This document shows positions 40,132 through 49,839 of a DNA stretch of 64,000 nt, piece by piece. The notes under the pieces were generated by a model. The model was not told the origin of the DNA and did no database searches. It saw only the letters and a program-made list of their open reading frames with translations. Both the position numbers and the translations under genes were made by a program. Numbering within the stretch: position 1 is the stretch's first letter; the number at the start of each line of letters is the position of its first letter. Source of the DNA: a virus (lineage: Duplodnaviria > Caudoviricetes). The stretch lies in IMG/VR virus record IMGVR_UViG_3300011336_000243, positions 19,180 through 83,179 of that record. The stretch is one strand, 5' to 3'.

Positions 40132-41709
40132 TTAGCCTAGTGCGATTGCGTATGCTATTGCGTCATTTGTAGTTACTCCTCCACCACCGCCACCACTTGC
40201 GCTTATCACGTAAGGAGATGCAGTAGTACCACTTCCTGTTATTGTTACATTTGTGCCCTGCGAAATTAAGGCATTTATGTTAGAAATGTAACCACTTGGA
40301 TTAGTTGCATCATATTTTAGTCCAATTGCTGTTGCCTGAGCTGTGCTTACTGGCTTATTAGCATCAGATGTATTATCTACGTTACTAAGTCCTACAAAAG
40401 TTTTATCTATAGTTTTATTCTTCCAAAGAGAAGAAGAACTTTCGTAAACTAAAGCTTGATTGTTAGTTGGAGTATTTGTAAGTACGTCTACATCATGTAT
40501 CTCTTTTAGTTCAAATCCGTTTTGCACCTTTACAAATATTTCTCCATTGCTAGAGTTTACACGAGTTACTACTCCGATAAAAACTAAGTGAGCTGGAGCG
40601 TAAGGTTTATTAACTAAACCATAGATTAAGTCACCGTTAGTTCCAAGCCAAACTGGATCTCCAACAACTGCAGTAGATGTATTTAACCCAGTAAGTAATC
40701 CTTCTGTAACTACGTTTACTAGTGCATTTGTACTTCCGCCTGTCTCAAGTAAACCCATTGTCTTACTACTAGTGGCTTCACTAGTATTACTAGCTTTGCT
40801 AACAATCATGTTAGTACCATCAGCAGATGATACATACACTGCTTGCCCTTTAGCAATAGCTAAACCTAATTTTACCTTATGCTTTATTGTCGATGTAAAA
40901 GACGCTGCAGGTGCTTCATCAATCCACTGAGTGTTATAGTTAGTAGAGTCTATTTTAGAAAGTATTTGTCCAGCAGTTCCTCCTATTGGGACACCTTGAG
41001 CAGATGTACTAGCAATGTTTCCATTTAACTTTTGGATAGCACTTAGTATCGTGTCTGCTGAAGTCACCGTACCTGCTCCACTTACGTAGCCAGTTAATAC
41101 TTTTCCTATTACTGCTGATGTAAGTAAAGAAGGATTTGGGTAAGTTCCACTTAATTCTCCACCTGCAGTTATACTACTTATGTTAGAGATATATCCACTA
41201 GGGTTAGTAGCGTCGTACTTTAAAGCTAATGCTGATGCAGTAGCAGTACTAATAGGTTTGTTTAAGTCACTAGTATCATCTACGTTACCTAGACCAACTT
41301 GTGATTTAGTTGTACTATGAGGATTACTAGTGTTAGATAGATGCGCTAATATGTTTGCACCATTAGTACTAACCCAACTTACTACAGAGTCATAAGAATT
41401 CTTTAAAGCTGTAGTAAAGATTTCAGTAATAGAAGTTAGTTTAGTTTTTTCTGCTGGCGCCATTAGTCCTGCATTAGTTCCTGAAGCAAGAGGCAACGTA
41501 GCATCTGCTCCTGTGCTACTAGTTACTATTCCATTTGTAGGAGAAGGAGTGTAGCCTAAATCAGTAAAAGTATTCCCTGCGTTTATGATAGCTTGATTTA
41601 CACTACGTTTATTCATAGCGTCCATGTCATCTACGGCATCCATCATGTTCTTGATAGGATTGCCTAACATGTCAAAACCATGCGGGGTCTTTTTTAGTGT
41701 ATCTGACAT
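40132..41709 (-). CDS. Tail fibre protein with an internal duplication
   Basis: Two copies of VGL.NVD.TSD.NKP.STA...LKYDATNPSGYISNI. Confidence 0.8.
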   Translation of the reverse strand: MSDTLKKTPHGFDMLGNPIKNMMDAVDDMDAMNKRSVNQAIINAGNTFTDLGYTPSPTNGIVTSSTGADATLPLASGTNAGLMAPAEKTKLTSITEIFTTALKNSYDSVVSWVSTNGANILAHLSNTSNPHSTTKSQVGLGNVDDTSDLNKPISTATASALALKYDATNPSGYISNISSITAGGELSGTYPNPSLLTSAVIGKVLTGYVSGAGTVTSADTILSAIQKLNGNIASTSAQGVPIGGTAGQILSKIDSTNYNTQWIDEAPAASFTSTIKHKVKLGLAIAKGQAVYVSSADGTNMIVSKASNTSEATSSKTMGLLETGGSTNALVNVVTEGLLTGLNTSTAVVGDPVWLGTNGDLIYGLVNKPYAPAHLVFIGVVTRVNSSNGEIFVKVQNGFELKEIHDVDVLTNTPTNNQALVYESSSSLWKNKTIDKTFVGLSNVDNTSDANKPVSTAQATAIGLKYDATNPSGYISNINALISQGTNVTITGSGTTASPYVISASGGGGGGVTTNDAIAYAIALG

Positions 41710-42719
41710 TACTTATCTATCTCAACTTTACCAGATTGAGCAGGGTTAAATTGTATAGTGATATGGTCTGGATCTGTTGCAGTGATTACTCCTGAAATCT
41801 CTACTCCATTTAAGTCGTAGATAGTAACAATTGGAGTAAGCGTCTTAAGATTATGTTCAATAGTAAGACTTGTTTTGTTATAGAACATAAAGATTTTAGG
41901 ACTGCCCATTATCTCTGTAACTAAGTCATTAGCTGTAGGAGTTGTGTCTATGCCTGTGCTGTCTGTCTCGAAGTATCTTTCGTAGTAGTTTGCAGGAGGT
42001 ATAAAGCGAGTCATTGCTTGAAGTTGTGCTTCTCTCATATCTACAGTAGGATATGTAATCTCGTTCATAGCTCTAGCACCATAAAGTTCAAATCTTCCTA
42101 ATAGTTCAGTCTCTCTATAAACTTTATCTTGGTAACCTGCTCCAATCATCTTCATTCTCACGTAGTAGTATAAAGCTTCTTTGTAGTTCTGGTTATCTGG
42201 AATAAGTGGAAGTCCGTTCTCGTCTAAAGGTCTTTGTAAGTAGTATATTCTTAAGTATCCTTCTTGAATGTTTGTAGTCAAATAGTCCATTTCTATTTTA
42301 TACCAGTCTGAAGTATTCTGAGGAGTACTAGGGATGTTATTAGTGTTGTTTTGTTGTGCTGGCATAAAGTTGCCTGTCACAGGATTAATACCACCTAGTA
42401 CAGATGAGTTTACACCTGCTATCTTATAGAGATTAGCTAAACTGCCTGTCGCGTAGTGTTTAGCACTTGTTGAACTACGTAGTCTATTTCCTTTGTACTC
42501 TATTGCTTTAATAGAGATTAAGCCACAAGGAAGTTTTACTTTATGAAAGTCTATTAAACAGTCTGCATATTGTTCTGAACAAACTGTATTTGTATGAAGA
42601 AGACTCATAGCTTCAGGAATCCACTCTACCATATCTTCTATGTACGTGGCATCGTAAAGTCTTGTGTTTCTAATTACACTGGCTATTACCTCATCTATGG
42701 AGCAGGTCTTGTAAATCAT
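41709..42719 (-). CDS. Tail tubular / ring protein (P22 gp4-like) with a C-terminal extension
   Basis: SIDEVIA..IR..EDMVEWI.EAM, DENGLPLIPDN..YKEALYYY and YERYF, in the expected position. Confidence 0.75.
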   Translation of the reverse strand: MIYKTCSIDEVIASVIRNTRLYDATYIEDMVEWIPEAMSLLHTNTVCSEQYADCLIDFHKVKLPCGLISIKAIEYKGNRLRSSTSAKHYATGSLANLYKIAGVNSSVLGGINPVTGNFMPAQQNNTNNIPSTPQNTSDWYKIEMDYLTTNIQEGYLRIYYLQRPLDENGLPLIPDNQNYKEALYYYVRMKMIGAGYQDKVYRETELLGRFELYGARAMNEITYPTVDMREAQLQAMTRFIPPANYYERYFETDSTGIDTTPTANDLVTEIMGSPKIFMFYNKTSLTIEHNLKTLTPIVTIYDLNGVEISGVITATDPDHITIQFNPAQSGKVEIDK

Positions 42720-43309
42720 TTGTGGTCTTTTTTGTTTTTAAAGTAAGGGTATCTATAGCGTAGTGCTTTATTCTCAGTTAAGGCTTTATCTAGCATTTGA
42801 TTGAAGCCTTTTCCATTCCTTAGGTTCTTAGTAGGCTTAAACTCGTATAGGGCTTTGTTGGCTACTATAGCAGGTTTATACCATGATATCCTACACCAGT
42901 CATCTGAAGTGTAGTAGATTATTTTAGCACGTTTAAAACTACCATCTTCTTGTTCTACTAAAGGTTGTTGACTTGTAGCTTTAAAGTTAACTGCTTTGTT
43001 CTTAAAGTTCCTTTCTACTCTACGTGCATAAATCTTTCCTAGATGTCCAAACATATTAATAGACTTTCCTTGTATGATTTCTTCTTTAGCTCTTTCAAAG
43101 TAAAGTCGAATTACTTCTGAGAAAGTCCCATAGTCTAGTACGTTTAAGACACAAAGTTTTCCTTTAGCATCTGTGTACTTTCTATAAAGATTATAAGCAG
43201 GCATACCATGTTTAGCTCTGCCCCACCACTCTGGGTTTTGACTAAGCAACTTCATGGAATAAGCATTCCAGATGTCTTTAATATGATATGTCTGTGTTCC
43301 TTTTTTCAT
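42716..43309 (-). CDS. IHF/HU-like DNA-binding protein (crAss-type)
   Basis: FSEVIRLYFERAKEEIIQGKSINMFGHLGKIYAR, basic protein. Confidence 0.6.
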   Translation of the reverse strand: MKKGTQTYHIKDIWNAYSMKLLSQNPEWWGRAKHGMPAYNLYRKYTDAKGKLCVLNVLDYGTFSEVIRLYFERAKEEIIQGKSINMFGHLGKIYARRVERNFKNKAVNFKATSQQPLVEQEDGSFKRAKIIYYTSDDWCRISWYKPAIVANKALYEFKPTKNLRNGKGFNQMLDKALTENKALRYRYPYFKNKKDHK

Positions 43310-43950
43310 TATTGTTTGATGTCAGTTAAAGCGTTAGGAGATACACTTACTTCAGGAGCTATTCCTCCTCCCTTTAAATCTGCTTCTACCTTTTCTATGC
43401 ATAGTTGAAGTATCTCATCTTTACAAGGATAAGGGGCATCCCAGAAATCACATGTAGGTTCTGTCTCACAAGTATATGCGTAAATACTATAAGGGTCATT
43501 AAAGATAGCATCTACTCTTACCATAGGTAAGTCAGGATACTCATGTACTACTATTTTATTGTTTAACCAAGTAAACAAGACTTTGTTTTTAGAGTACTTA
43601 CCTTTTTTAGCGTATCTCATAGTCCCAGGAGAAGTATAAGAAAATGCTAGTTGTCCATCAACAGAACCAACGTAGTCAAATACAACATTGTTCGCTCTGA
43701 TGACTTCTATTGGTGCAGACATTGCTACGTCACAAAGTTGTGGTAAGCAGTTCATCTCTTTAGACTTTTCTAAAGGAAGAAATAAAGTCTGCATAAAAAA
43801 TCTTCTTTCTTGAGGAGTCTTTTCTAAAGTCTGTCTAGTGAAGCGTTCTCTATAAATCTTTATTCTTTCCATTACGCTAAGTTTGAAAGGAAGATCAAAA
43901 GTCTTATTAAACTTTTCTGCTATTAAAGTTGATATTTCGTTTGGTGTCAT
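43309..43950 (-). CDS. Tail ring / structural protein
   Basis: 213 aa ending DAPYPC...LQLC, located between the auxiliary capsid and IHF-like genes. Confidence 0.55.
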   Translation of the reverse strand: MTPNEISTLIAEKFNKTFDLPFKLSVMERIKIYRERFTRQTLEKTPQERRFFMQTLFLPLEKSKEMNCLPQLCDVAMSAPIEVIRANNVVFDYVGSVDGQLAFSYTSPGTMRYAKKGKYSKNKVLFTWLNNKIVVHEYPDLPMVRVDAIFNDPYSIYAYTCETEPTCDFWDAPYPCKDEILQLCIEKVEADLKGGGIAPEVSVSPNALTDIKQ

Positions 43951-43957
43951 GACTCTA

Positions 43958-43965
43958 CAAAATTA
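43958..43965 (-). promoter_or_regulatory. -7 promoter box TAATTTTG
   Basis: 7 nt upstream of ATG 43950, just after the terminator. Confidence 0.6.
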
Positions 43966-43968
43966 AGT

Positions 43969-44001
43969 AAAAAAAGCTTCCCTTTTACGAGAAGCTTTTT
44001 T
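43969..44001 (-). terminator. Intrinsic terminator after the auxiliary capsid gene
   Basis: GCTTCTC-GTAAAA-GGGAAGC-T7 on the minus strand. Confidence 0.85.
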
Positions 44002-44024
44002 AATTTATGCTAAGGAAGAAAAGC

Positions 44025-44996
44025 TTATGCGAATAAAGCAGCCAAAGCAGCACCAGTACCTGCAGTACAAGCTACTATGATTGTTTTTCTATACTCTTGT
44101 TGATGCATAGGAGTTGGACTAGCTTCAAAGTCTAAAACTTCAAAAGTTACTAAGTCAAATGTGCTTGAAGAAGTTACAAATGAAGGTAAACTTACAGTAC
44201 CGTAATCAGAACCATTAGTTAAACCACCGTCATTGCTATATTGCATTACACCTCTACGAGTGTTAAACTCAGTAAATAAGTCAACTACTTGCTCATAAGT
44301 ACCGTTACCTTGAAAAGGAGTAGTACTTACTAAATAAGTGTAAACAACTGGAGAAGGATCAGGGTTTGCTTTACTTACGTTACTTACTACAGCTAACTTG
44401 AAAGTACGTCTGTAATCTGTACTAGTAATAACAGCACCTGCAGTTAATGCAGAAGCACTAAAGAATTCACCTTCTTTTTTAGCATTGATACGTGCTACGA
44501 TAGCTGTCCAAGCTGCGGTTTCACCTGCTGCTAAAGACTCTGTGTAATCCCACGTAGGTAATGGAATAGAACCTGGAGTTGTTTCAATTACTTTAAATAC
44601 TAAAGTGTGTGAAGTTACTGCAGTACCTGTTCCACTTACTTGAGCTACTTGAGCTCTTGGAGCAGCATATACTTTGTTAGTAACTTTTACTGAAGTACCG
44701 TCAAAACCAGTAGAGGTTTTTAAGTTTCTTACAGAACCAACAATGTTGTCTATGTAAGCTAAGTTAAGACGATTTTTTCTAGTAGCAGCTGCGATAGGAG
44801 TAGTAGCAGTGTCTAAAGACACAGAACCGTTGTTATCAGCTTCCGCTTTAAAAATCATTGATACACCAACTGCTAATGCAGAAGATGAAGCAGAGTCGTA
44901 ACTGTGAGTTACGCCACTTGCTGTTAAGGCGTTACTGAACATTAGTTCAAAAGGTAAGCCTTGTGTGGTCTTGAAGTATGGATTTCTTATTGCCAT
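44025..44996 (-). CDS. Abundant structural protein, probably the auxiliary capsid protein
   Basis: 323 aa, Ala/Thr/Ser-rich, optimised codons (GCT/ACT/GGT), followed by a strong terminator. Confidence 0.6.
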   Translation of the reverse strand: MAIRNPYFKTTQGLPFELMFSNALTASGVTHSYDSASSSALAVGVSMIFKAEADNNGSVSLDTATTPIAAATRKNRLNLAYIDNIVGSVRNLKTSTGFDGTSVKVTNKVYAAPRAQVAQVSGTGTAVTSHTLVFKVIETTPGSIPLPTWDYTESLAAGETAAWTAIVARINAKKEGEFFSASALTAGAVITSTDYRRTFKLAVVSNVSKANPDPSPVVYTYLVSTTPFQGNGTYEQVVDLFTEFNTRRGVMQYSNDGGLTNGSDYGTVSLPSFVTSSSTFDLVTFEVLDFEASPTPMHQQEYRKTIIVACTAGTGAALAALFA

Positions 44997-45015
44997 CGTT
45001 TAAGTGTTTAAGTGT

Positions 45016-46101
45016 TTAAAAGTTTATTTTATCATCTGTTCTTGTTAGTTCCAGTCCTTCCTTATCTCCTATTCTAATCTGTATATATTCTACAGCTAAA
45101 TCGCAAATAGTTTGATGTGTTTCTTCTGGTAACTCACAATCACTCCCCAAAAGTAGATAGATTGGTTTAGGCCTCCTAATATATTTTCCTAGCACTTTAC
45201 TTACTGTGAAGTTATCTTGGTGTACTATTAAGTTTTGACGTCTAATTTCAGTAATAGGACTAAGAGATTGTGTCTTATGAAAGGCAGTTTGGTTTATAAC
45301 TCCTGTGTTCCCATACTCTTGTTGTCTGTTTAATTTATACTTTCCTGTAGTACTTGTTTTAGGATACCTACGTGTTACTCCTATAGACTTTCCAGTAGCT
45401 ACAGAACCAGTTCCTTGTAAAGTATCTGACGTAGTAGTTATAGAAGTTACGTCTTCAATCATGATAGCATTAGCTTTATACAAACCTTGATACTCTCCAA
45501 AGAAAGCCTCAACTCCTTGTTGTCTTAAAGACCATAATAAAGCAGGTAAGTGAAACTGAATATCACTTGTCTTTTGGAAGTTAAAGTTTATAGAACCATT
45601 ACCATTAAAGAAGTTATTAGCTCCAAGCATATTTTGTATATCAGCAAGGATTGGGTTACTAGGGTTATCTATAGGACTTACTGATATAACACAAGAGTTG
45701 TAATAAGGAGCAGGACTAGAAGCATCTATCATCTGCAATTGTTGGAAGATTACTTTTTTCTCTACAGAAGTAAACTCTTTAGGTACTTCACAATGCACCA
45801 TAGATTGACTTTCTATTAAGTGTAAATAGTCTGGAGGAAGTATTACTTGAACCATACTAGAGTTCATGTATAAAGCAGGTTTCTCAAACTCTTTTTCTAA
45901 GTTACGTAGTCTATCTACAGACATTTGGTCTGAGACTAGAGTTCCTGACTTTGCACTAGGACGTAAAAGGTTTTCTACGAAACGTAGTTGCATCTTATTA
46001 AGTACCCAGTCTATTTCTGAAGGTTGGAATTTTAAAGTCTTGTTAGCCGCCATCTTTTGTAGGGACTGGTTGACTTCTATGTGCATTTCTTTTACTGTCA
46101 T
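45016..46101 (-). CDS. Tail ring / neck protein
   Basis: MTVKEMHIEVNQ..QK...F.PSEIDWVLNK.Q.RFV and CELPEETHQTICDLAV. ATG 46101 is preferred over GTG 46122, which overlaps a promoter box. Confidence 0.7.
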   Translation of the reverse strand: MTVKEMHIEVNQSLQKMAANKTLKFQPSEIDWVLNKMQLRFVENLLRPSAKSGTLVSDQMSVDRLRNLEKEFEKPALYMNSSMVQVILPPDYLHLIESQSMVHCEVPKEFTSVEKKVIFQQLQMIDASSPAPYYNSCVISVSPIDNPSNPILADIQNMLGANNFFNGNGSINFNFQKTSDIQFHLPALLWSLRQQGVEAFFGEYQGLYKANAIMIEDVTSITTTSDTLQGTGSVATGKSIGVTRRYPKTSTTGKYKLNRQQEYGNTGVINQTAFHKTQSLSPITEIRRQNLIVHQDNFTVSKVLGKYIRRPKPIYLLLGSDCELPEETHQTICDLAVEYIQIRIGDKEGLELTRTDDKINF

Positions 46102-46121
46102 GATAAAACTAAAAGTTTCCA

Positions 46122-46129
46122 CAAAGCTA
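46122..46129 (-). promoter_or_regulatory. -7 promoter box TAGCTTTG
   Basis: 20 nt upstream of ATG 46101. Confidence 0.6.
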
Positions 46130-46190
46130 AGAATAATTCCGCAATGTAGAAACTTTTAAGATTTCAGTAGTTTGTTCTGTAGTTCTAATA

Positions 46191-47093
46191 CTACTTTCTT
46201 TTTTCTTGAAGTCTATCTTTGTACGCTAATACAACATCTGAATTCTCAGGGTCGTTTAACCAGCATACAACTTCATCTTTACTATTACCTATTAGTTGTT
46301 TAGTCTCTGCGTCAATGTATCTCCCAGCTAAGGCGTTTACAATCTTATATAAGACAAGTTTAGTTAGTAAGTATTCTGCTTCAAGCATAGGAGAGTTTAC
46401 TTTATCAATAAATTCTTGAGGCTTTTTAGCTGATAACTTACGAAGATCTGTTTGCATCTCTGCTTCTTTAGTCTCACCCGCGTAGCGTCTAATATCTTCA
46501 CCCATCAACACCATGATTTGTTCTACTTTCATAGCGTCGTCTTTCAAGTCTAAGTAAACTTTCATGGCATCATCTTTCAACTTGTTAGTTGCTTTAGCCT
46601 TAGAAGCTGCTGCATTCTTGTCAAAGATATAGAACTCAATGATTTGGTCAGAGTCTGCTATTTCTTTTGTTGCTGCTACTTTAGGATTAGCTAATGCATG
46701 TCTGTAGCGTATATAATCCATAGGGTCTAAAGGACGGTTCTCTTGTGAAAGAAATCCTTCGTTATCTATAGTAAGTCCTATTTGTAAAGTCCTACCTGTT
46801 TGATGCGGAACATCTGTAGATAAGTCATTAAAGAAGTTCTCTACTTGTTTGTGGTAATCACGTTCGCCAGGTAAGGCATCTAAGAAAGGAGCTACTATCA
46901 ACTCTATCTCAGTAACTGAAAGTCCTTTACCTACTTTACGTGTATCATCCCAAAAAGAACCAATGCTTCTTTTAGAAGTTGAAAAGTAGTCGTCGATTTG
47001 TGGGCCTTGCGCTCTAGATAGAAATGAACCTGCTCTGTAGATTGTAATGAACCTACTGTTTTTGTGCTCTTGTGTATGTTTGTCTTTTATCAT
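46191..47093 (-). CDS. Conserved morphogenesis protein downstream of the MCP
   Basis: 300 aa with DPMDYIRYRHAL, in the typical crAss-like position. Confidence 0.6.
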   Translation of the reverse strand: MIKDKHTQEHKNSRFITIYRAGSFLSRAQGPQIDDYFSTSKRSIGSFWDDTRKVGKGLSVTEIELIVAPFLDALPGERDYHKQVENFFNDLSTDVPHQTGRTLQIGLTIDNEGFLSQENRPLDPMDYIRYRHALANPKVAATKEIADSDQIIEFYIFDKNAAASKAKATNKLKDDAMKVYLDLKDDAMKVEQIMVLMGEDIRRYAGETKEAEMQTDLRKLSAKKPQEFIDKVNSPMLEAEYLLTKLVLYKIVNALAGRYIDAETKQLIGNSKDEVVCWLNDPENSDVVLAYKDRLQEKRK

Positions 47094-47110
47094 TATGTGT
47101 AGTTATTGTT

Positions 47111-47141
47111 CAAAGGTAAAGAAGAAAACTAGACTAACAAA
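47111..47141 (-). promoter_or_regulatory. Bacteroidota promoter: TTTG (-33), 19 nt, TACCTTTG (-7)
   Basis: Both boxes are present at canonical spacing, 17 nt before ATG 47093. Confidence 0.75.
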
Positions 47142-47173
47142 AAAAGTCTCACATTTCTGCAAGACTTTTTTTT
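47139..47173 (-). terminator. Intrinsic terminator after the major capsid gene
   Basis: AGTCTTGCA-GAAA-TGTGAGACT-T7 on the minus strand. Confidence 0.88.
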
Positions 47174-47200
47174 ATTTATGAACAAACTATTGAAGCTATA

Positions 47201-48709
47201 CTATGAAGCTATACACTGCAAATCAAAGCAACGATTAGCTCTACGAATCTGAATACCTACACTAGCTAAACGTACGTAACTAGACTCATCCATATCTGTA
47301 GATAAGAACTTGCTACCTTCTAAACCAGTTGTACCACCCATGATTTGTAAACCTTTTGGTACGTTAGTCAAACCTTTTACGATACCATCGATATAAGGAC
47401 GACCTTTTTGACTTACACGGATAATGTTTGCTTCACCATCTTGCATTGAGTCATCAATGAAGACCATACGATAAGACTCTAAAGGCAAACCTGATTCAGG
47501 ATGCTTAGGAGAGTTCATCGCTACTGCACCTGTATCAAACATAGAGTTGTACTTGAACTTAATCGTGTAACCGTCAATGTGATAGAAACCAGTGAAGTAA
47601 CCGCCTAACATTAATTCGTTGTTAGAACCAGTGATAAACTTGTCAGCAGCGCCTTGATAGTTACCTAAGAAGATACCACCTGCTTCACGAATACAACGGT
47701 CTAATTCTCTACGAGCACCAGTACCACCCATTAAAGTAATACTCATGTCTTCTGTATCGTTCATACCGAACAATGCATCACCCACTTTGTTTACTAATGT
47801 ATTCCAGTTTAATTTAGCGTAAGTTGATTTGTTAGTGATTTGCTCTAACACACCAGAACCACGTGTAATAGCCTTACCAGTGAATGCATCTTTCAATGAC
47901 ACTGTACCATCAGCAGAACGGTTATACTTAGAGTACCAGAAATAGTTCTCTTGAGCTTCCATCCATTGCTTTTCCATTTGCCACAAAGCCATATCCATCC
48001 AGATATTAGAAGTTTTACCTTCTTGGTTTGTAGCTACTACTTTCATGATTTTCTCAGTAGCATTACCTGCCCAACTGATACCAGTACGTAAGAAACCTAA
48101 TTGGTTTTTGAACATACCTGGAGCAACCATGTTAGATTCAGTAGTACGAGATTGAGACTCTGCAACTTGAGAGTTAATCATTACCCACGTAGAACCTACA
48201 GCGCACTCAGCGATTGGTAAAAAGTCTGTTGGACCAGCTGGATCTAATACACACTTATAACGGAAACCGTTAATTACTGGGTCTGGATCACCAACTACGT
48301 AAGCTTGATACTGATTTTGAGATTGGATAATGTAGTAACGTTTAATCCAATTGTCAGCAAATGTTAAATAGAACTCTCCGTTTTGGATACCAGGTTTATC
48401 AGAACCTGAGTAAGGAGTTTCAGAAATAGTTGAAACCTTGATTTGGTGACCCATAACTGGATAGTTATATTGCACATCTTGGATTTCCTTCGTTGTTCCT
48501 TTCATACCGTAAGCGCTACCGCCTAAAGTCATTGTAGTTAAAGGATAACGGTTAGATTTTGAACCTATCAAATAAGTAATCTTGTCTGTTAGGTTTTCAG
48601 GACCACCTTGTCTTTGGTGATAAAAGTTTTGCTCGTCTAACATACTTTTACTATCATAGATAGTTTCTTGTAGTTTAAACTGCATGCCTGGATAAATACT
48701 GCTTGCCAT
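47201..48709 (-). CDS. Major capsid protein
   Basis: 502 aa, optimised codons, after scaffold and portal. ESQSRTTES, FKNQLGFLR, WYSKYN and GSGVLEQI resemble crAss-like MCPs. Confidence 0.88.
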   Translation of the reverse strand: MASSIYPGMQFKLQETIYDSKSMLDEQNFYHQRQGGPENLTDKITYLIGSKSNRYPLTTMTLGGSAYGMKGTTKEIQDVQYNYPVMGHQIKVSTISETPYSGSDKPGIQNGEFYLTFADNWIKRYYIIQSQNQYQAYVVGDPDPVINGFRYKCVLDPAGPTDFLPIAECAVGSTWVMINSQVAESQSRTTESNMVAPGMFKNQLGFLRTGISWAGNATEKIMKVVATNQEGKTSNIWMDMALWQMEKQWMEAQENYFWYSKYNRSADGTVSLKDAFTGKAITRGSGVLEQITNKSTYAKLNWNTLVNKVGDALFGMNDTEDMSITLMGGTGARRELDRCIREAGGIFLGNYQGAADKFITGSNNELMLGGYFTGFYHIDGYTIKFKYNSMFDTGAVAMNSPKHPESGLPLESYRMVFIDDSMQDGEANIIRVSQKGRPYIDGIVKGLTNVPKGLQIMGGTTGLEGSKFLSTDMDESSYVRLASVGIQIRRANRCFDLQCIAS

Positions 48710-48728
48710 TTTATATTCTTTTTAAAGT

Positions 48729-49838
48729 TTAAAGTTGAGACAAAGGTACTTCATTAGTATCTACATTAGTACGTCCTGTAGCACCATTATTTTTAGATTT
48801 GTCTTGACCTACACGATACTTCAAAGTCTGTACAGTTTGTGTTTTAGCTTTTCTTTCAACTAAAGACTTTAAATCTCCTTTAGAGTAATTAAAGTATAAA
48901 GCTTCTAATACAGACTTCATCTCGTTAGGGTTCTTACCAATAGGTTGTACTACGTAGAAACCAGTATCGTCGCTTCTTAGCGTCTGTCCTACAAAGTCTA
49001 AAAATCCTTGCTTCTTATTATCAGGAATGATAAACTTTAAGTCTTGCATTGCTTCTCCGATATTTCTAAACGTATTCTGTTCTTCTATCTTAATAGCCGC
49101 TTCTCTTTCTGCTGCTTGTCTTCTCATATCTTCAATAGCTCTTTTGTTTTCTTCTTGAGCATTGTTGAATATGCGTAAAGCCTCATTCTCTAACTTGTTG
49201 TCTTTAATGTACGCTTCTACTGTTGCCTTGGCTACTGCTTCAGGTACGCCTCTGCGCATTAAGTCTTCTTGAACTAATGCCTCTTGTGTATTAACAGAAG
49301 AAGTTATTTGGTCCGCTGTTGAAGGGATACCTATACCATTCTCTCTAAAGAAATCTGTAGGGTTTCCTCCTTGTTGTAAATGAAGAAAGTATCTGTAAGC
49401 TTCAGGGTAAGCATCTTCTAAGTTTTTATCAAACTCGTCTAAAGCTTGTTGACGTATAGCTGTCTCACGAATAGCCGCCCCTTCTGGTGTCAGTGGGTCT
49501 AAACCTCCGTAATCTACTTCTACGTTTAATCCTGTGATAGCCTGTACTCTTTCAAAGAAAGCATTTACATCGGCTTCATCTTCTTCCCCTTCAGAAGAAT
49601 TCTCTTCTTCTTTTACTACGTTACCTTCTTCGTCTTTCACGTAGCCAGGTAAAGGTTCTCCATTCTCATCTATTCCTTCTGAGACTTCTGTAGTCTTTTC
49701 AGTGGTAGTGTCTTGGGGAACCTTTGCAGGGTCTTGGTAATTCATTAAGTCCGCAAAAGGAACTATTACATCATCTGGTGGTGTCCCACCTCCTCCGTCT
49801 GCTGCTCCAGCATCGAAGAATCTTCTTGGTTTGTACAT
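48729..49838 (-). CDS. Putative capsid scaffolding protein
   Basis: Acidic, FFDAGAADGGGG N-terminus, coiled coil, located between portal and MCP. Confidence 0.7.
   Translation of the reverse strand: MYKPRRFFDAGAADGGGGTPPDDVIVPFADLMNYQDPAKVPQDTTTEKTTEVSEGIDENGEPLPGYVKDEEGNVVKEEENSSEGEEDEADVNAFFERVQAITGLNVEVDYGGLDPLTPEGAAIRETAIRQQALDEFDKNLEDAYPEAYRYFLHLQQGGNPTDFFRENGIGIPSTADQITSSVNTQEALVQEDLMRRGVPEAVAKATVEAYIKDNKLENEALRIFNNAQEENKRAIEDMRRQAAEREAAIKIEEQNTFRNIGEAMQDLKFIIPDNKKQGFLDFVGQTLRSDDTGFYVVQPIGKNPNEMKSVLEALYFNYSKGDLKSLVERKAKTQTVQTLKYRVGQDKSKNNGATGRTNVDTNEVPLSQL
48741..48748 (-). promoter_or_regulatory. -7 promoter box TACCTTTG inside the end of the scaffold gene, candidate MCP promoter
   Basis: 31 nt upstream of ATG 48709. 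Confidence 0.5.
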
Positions 49839-49839
49839 A

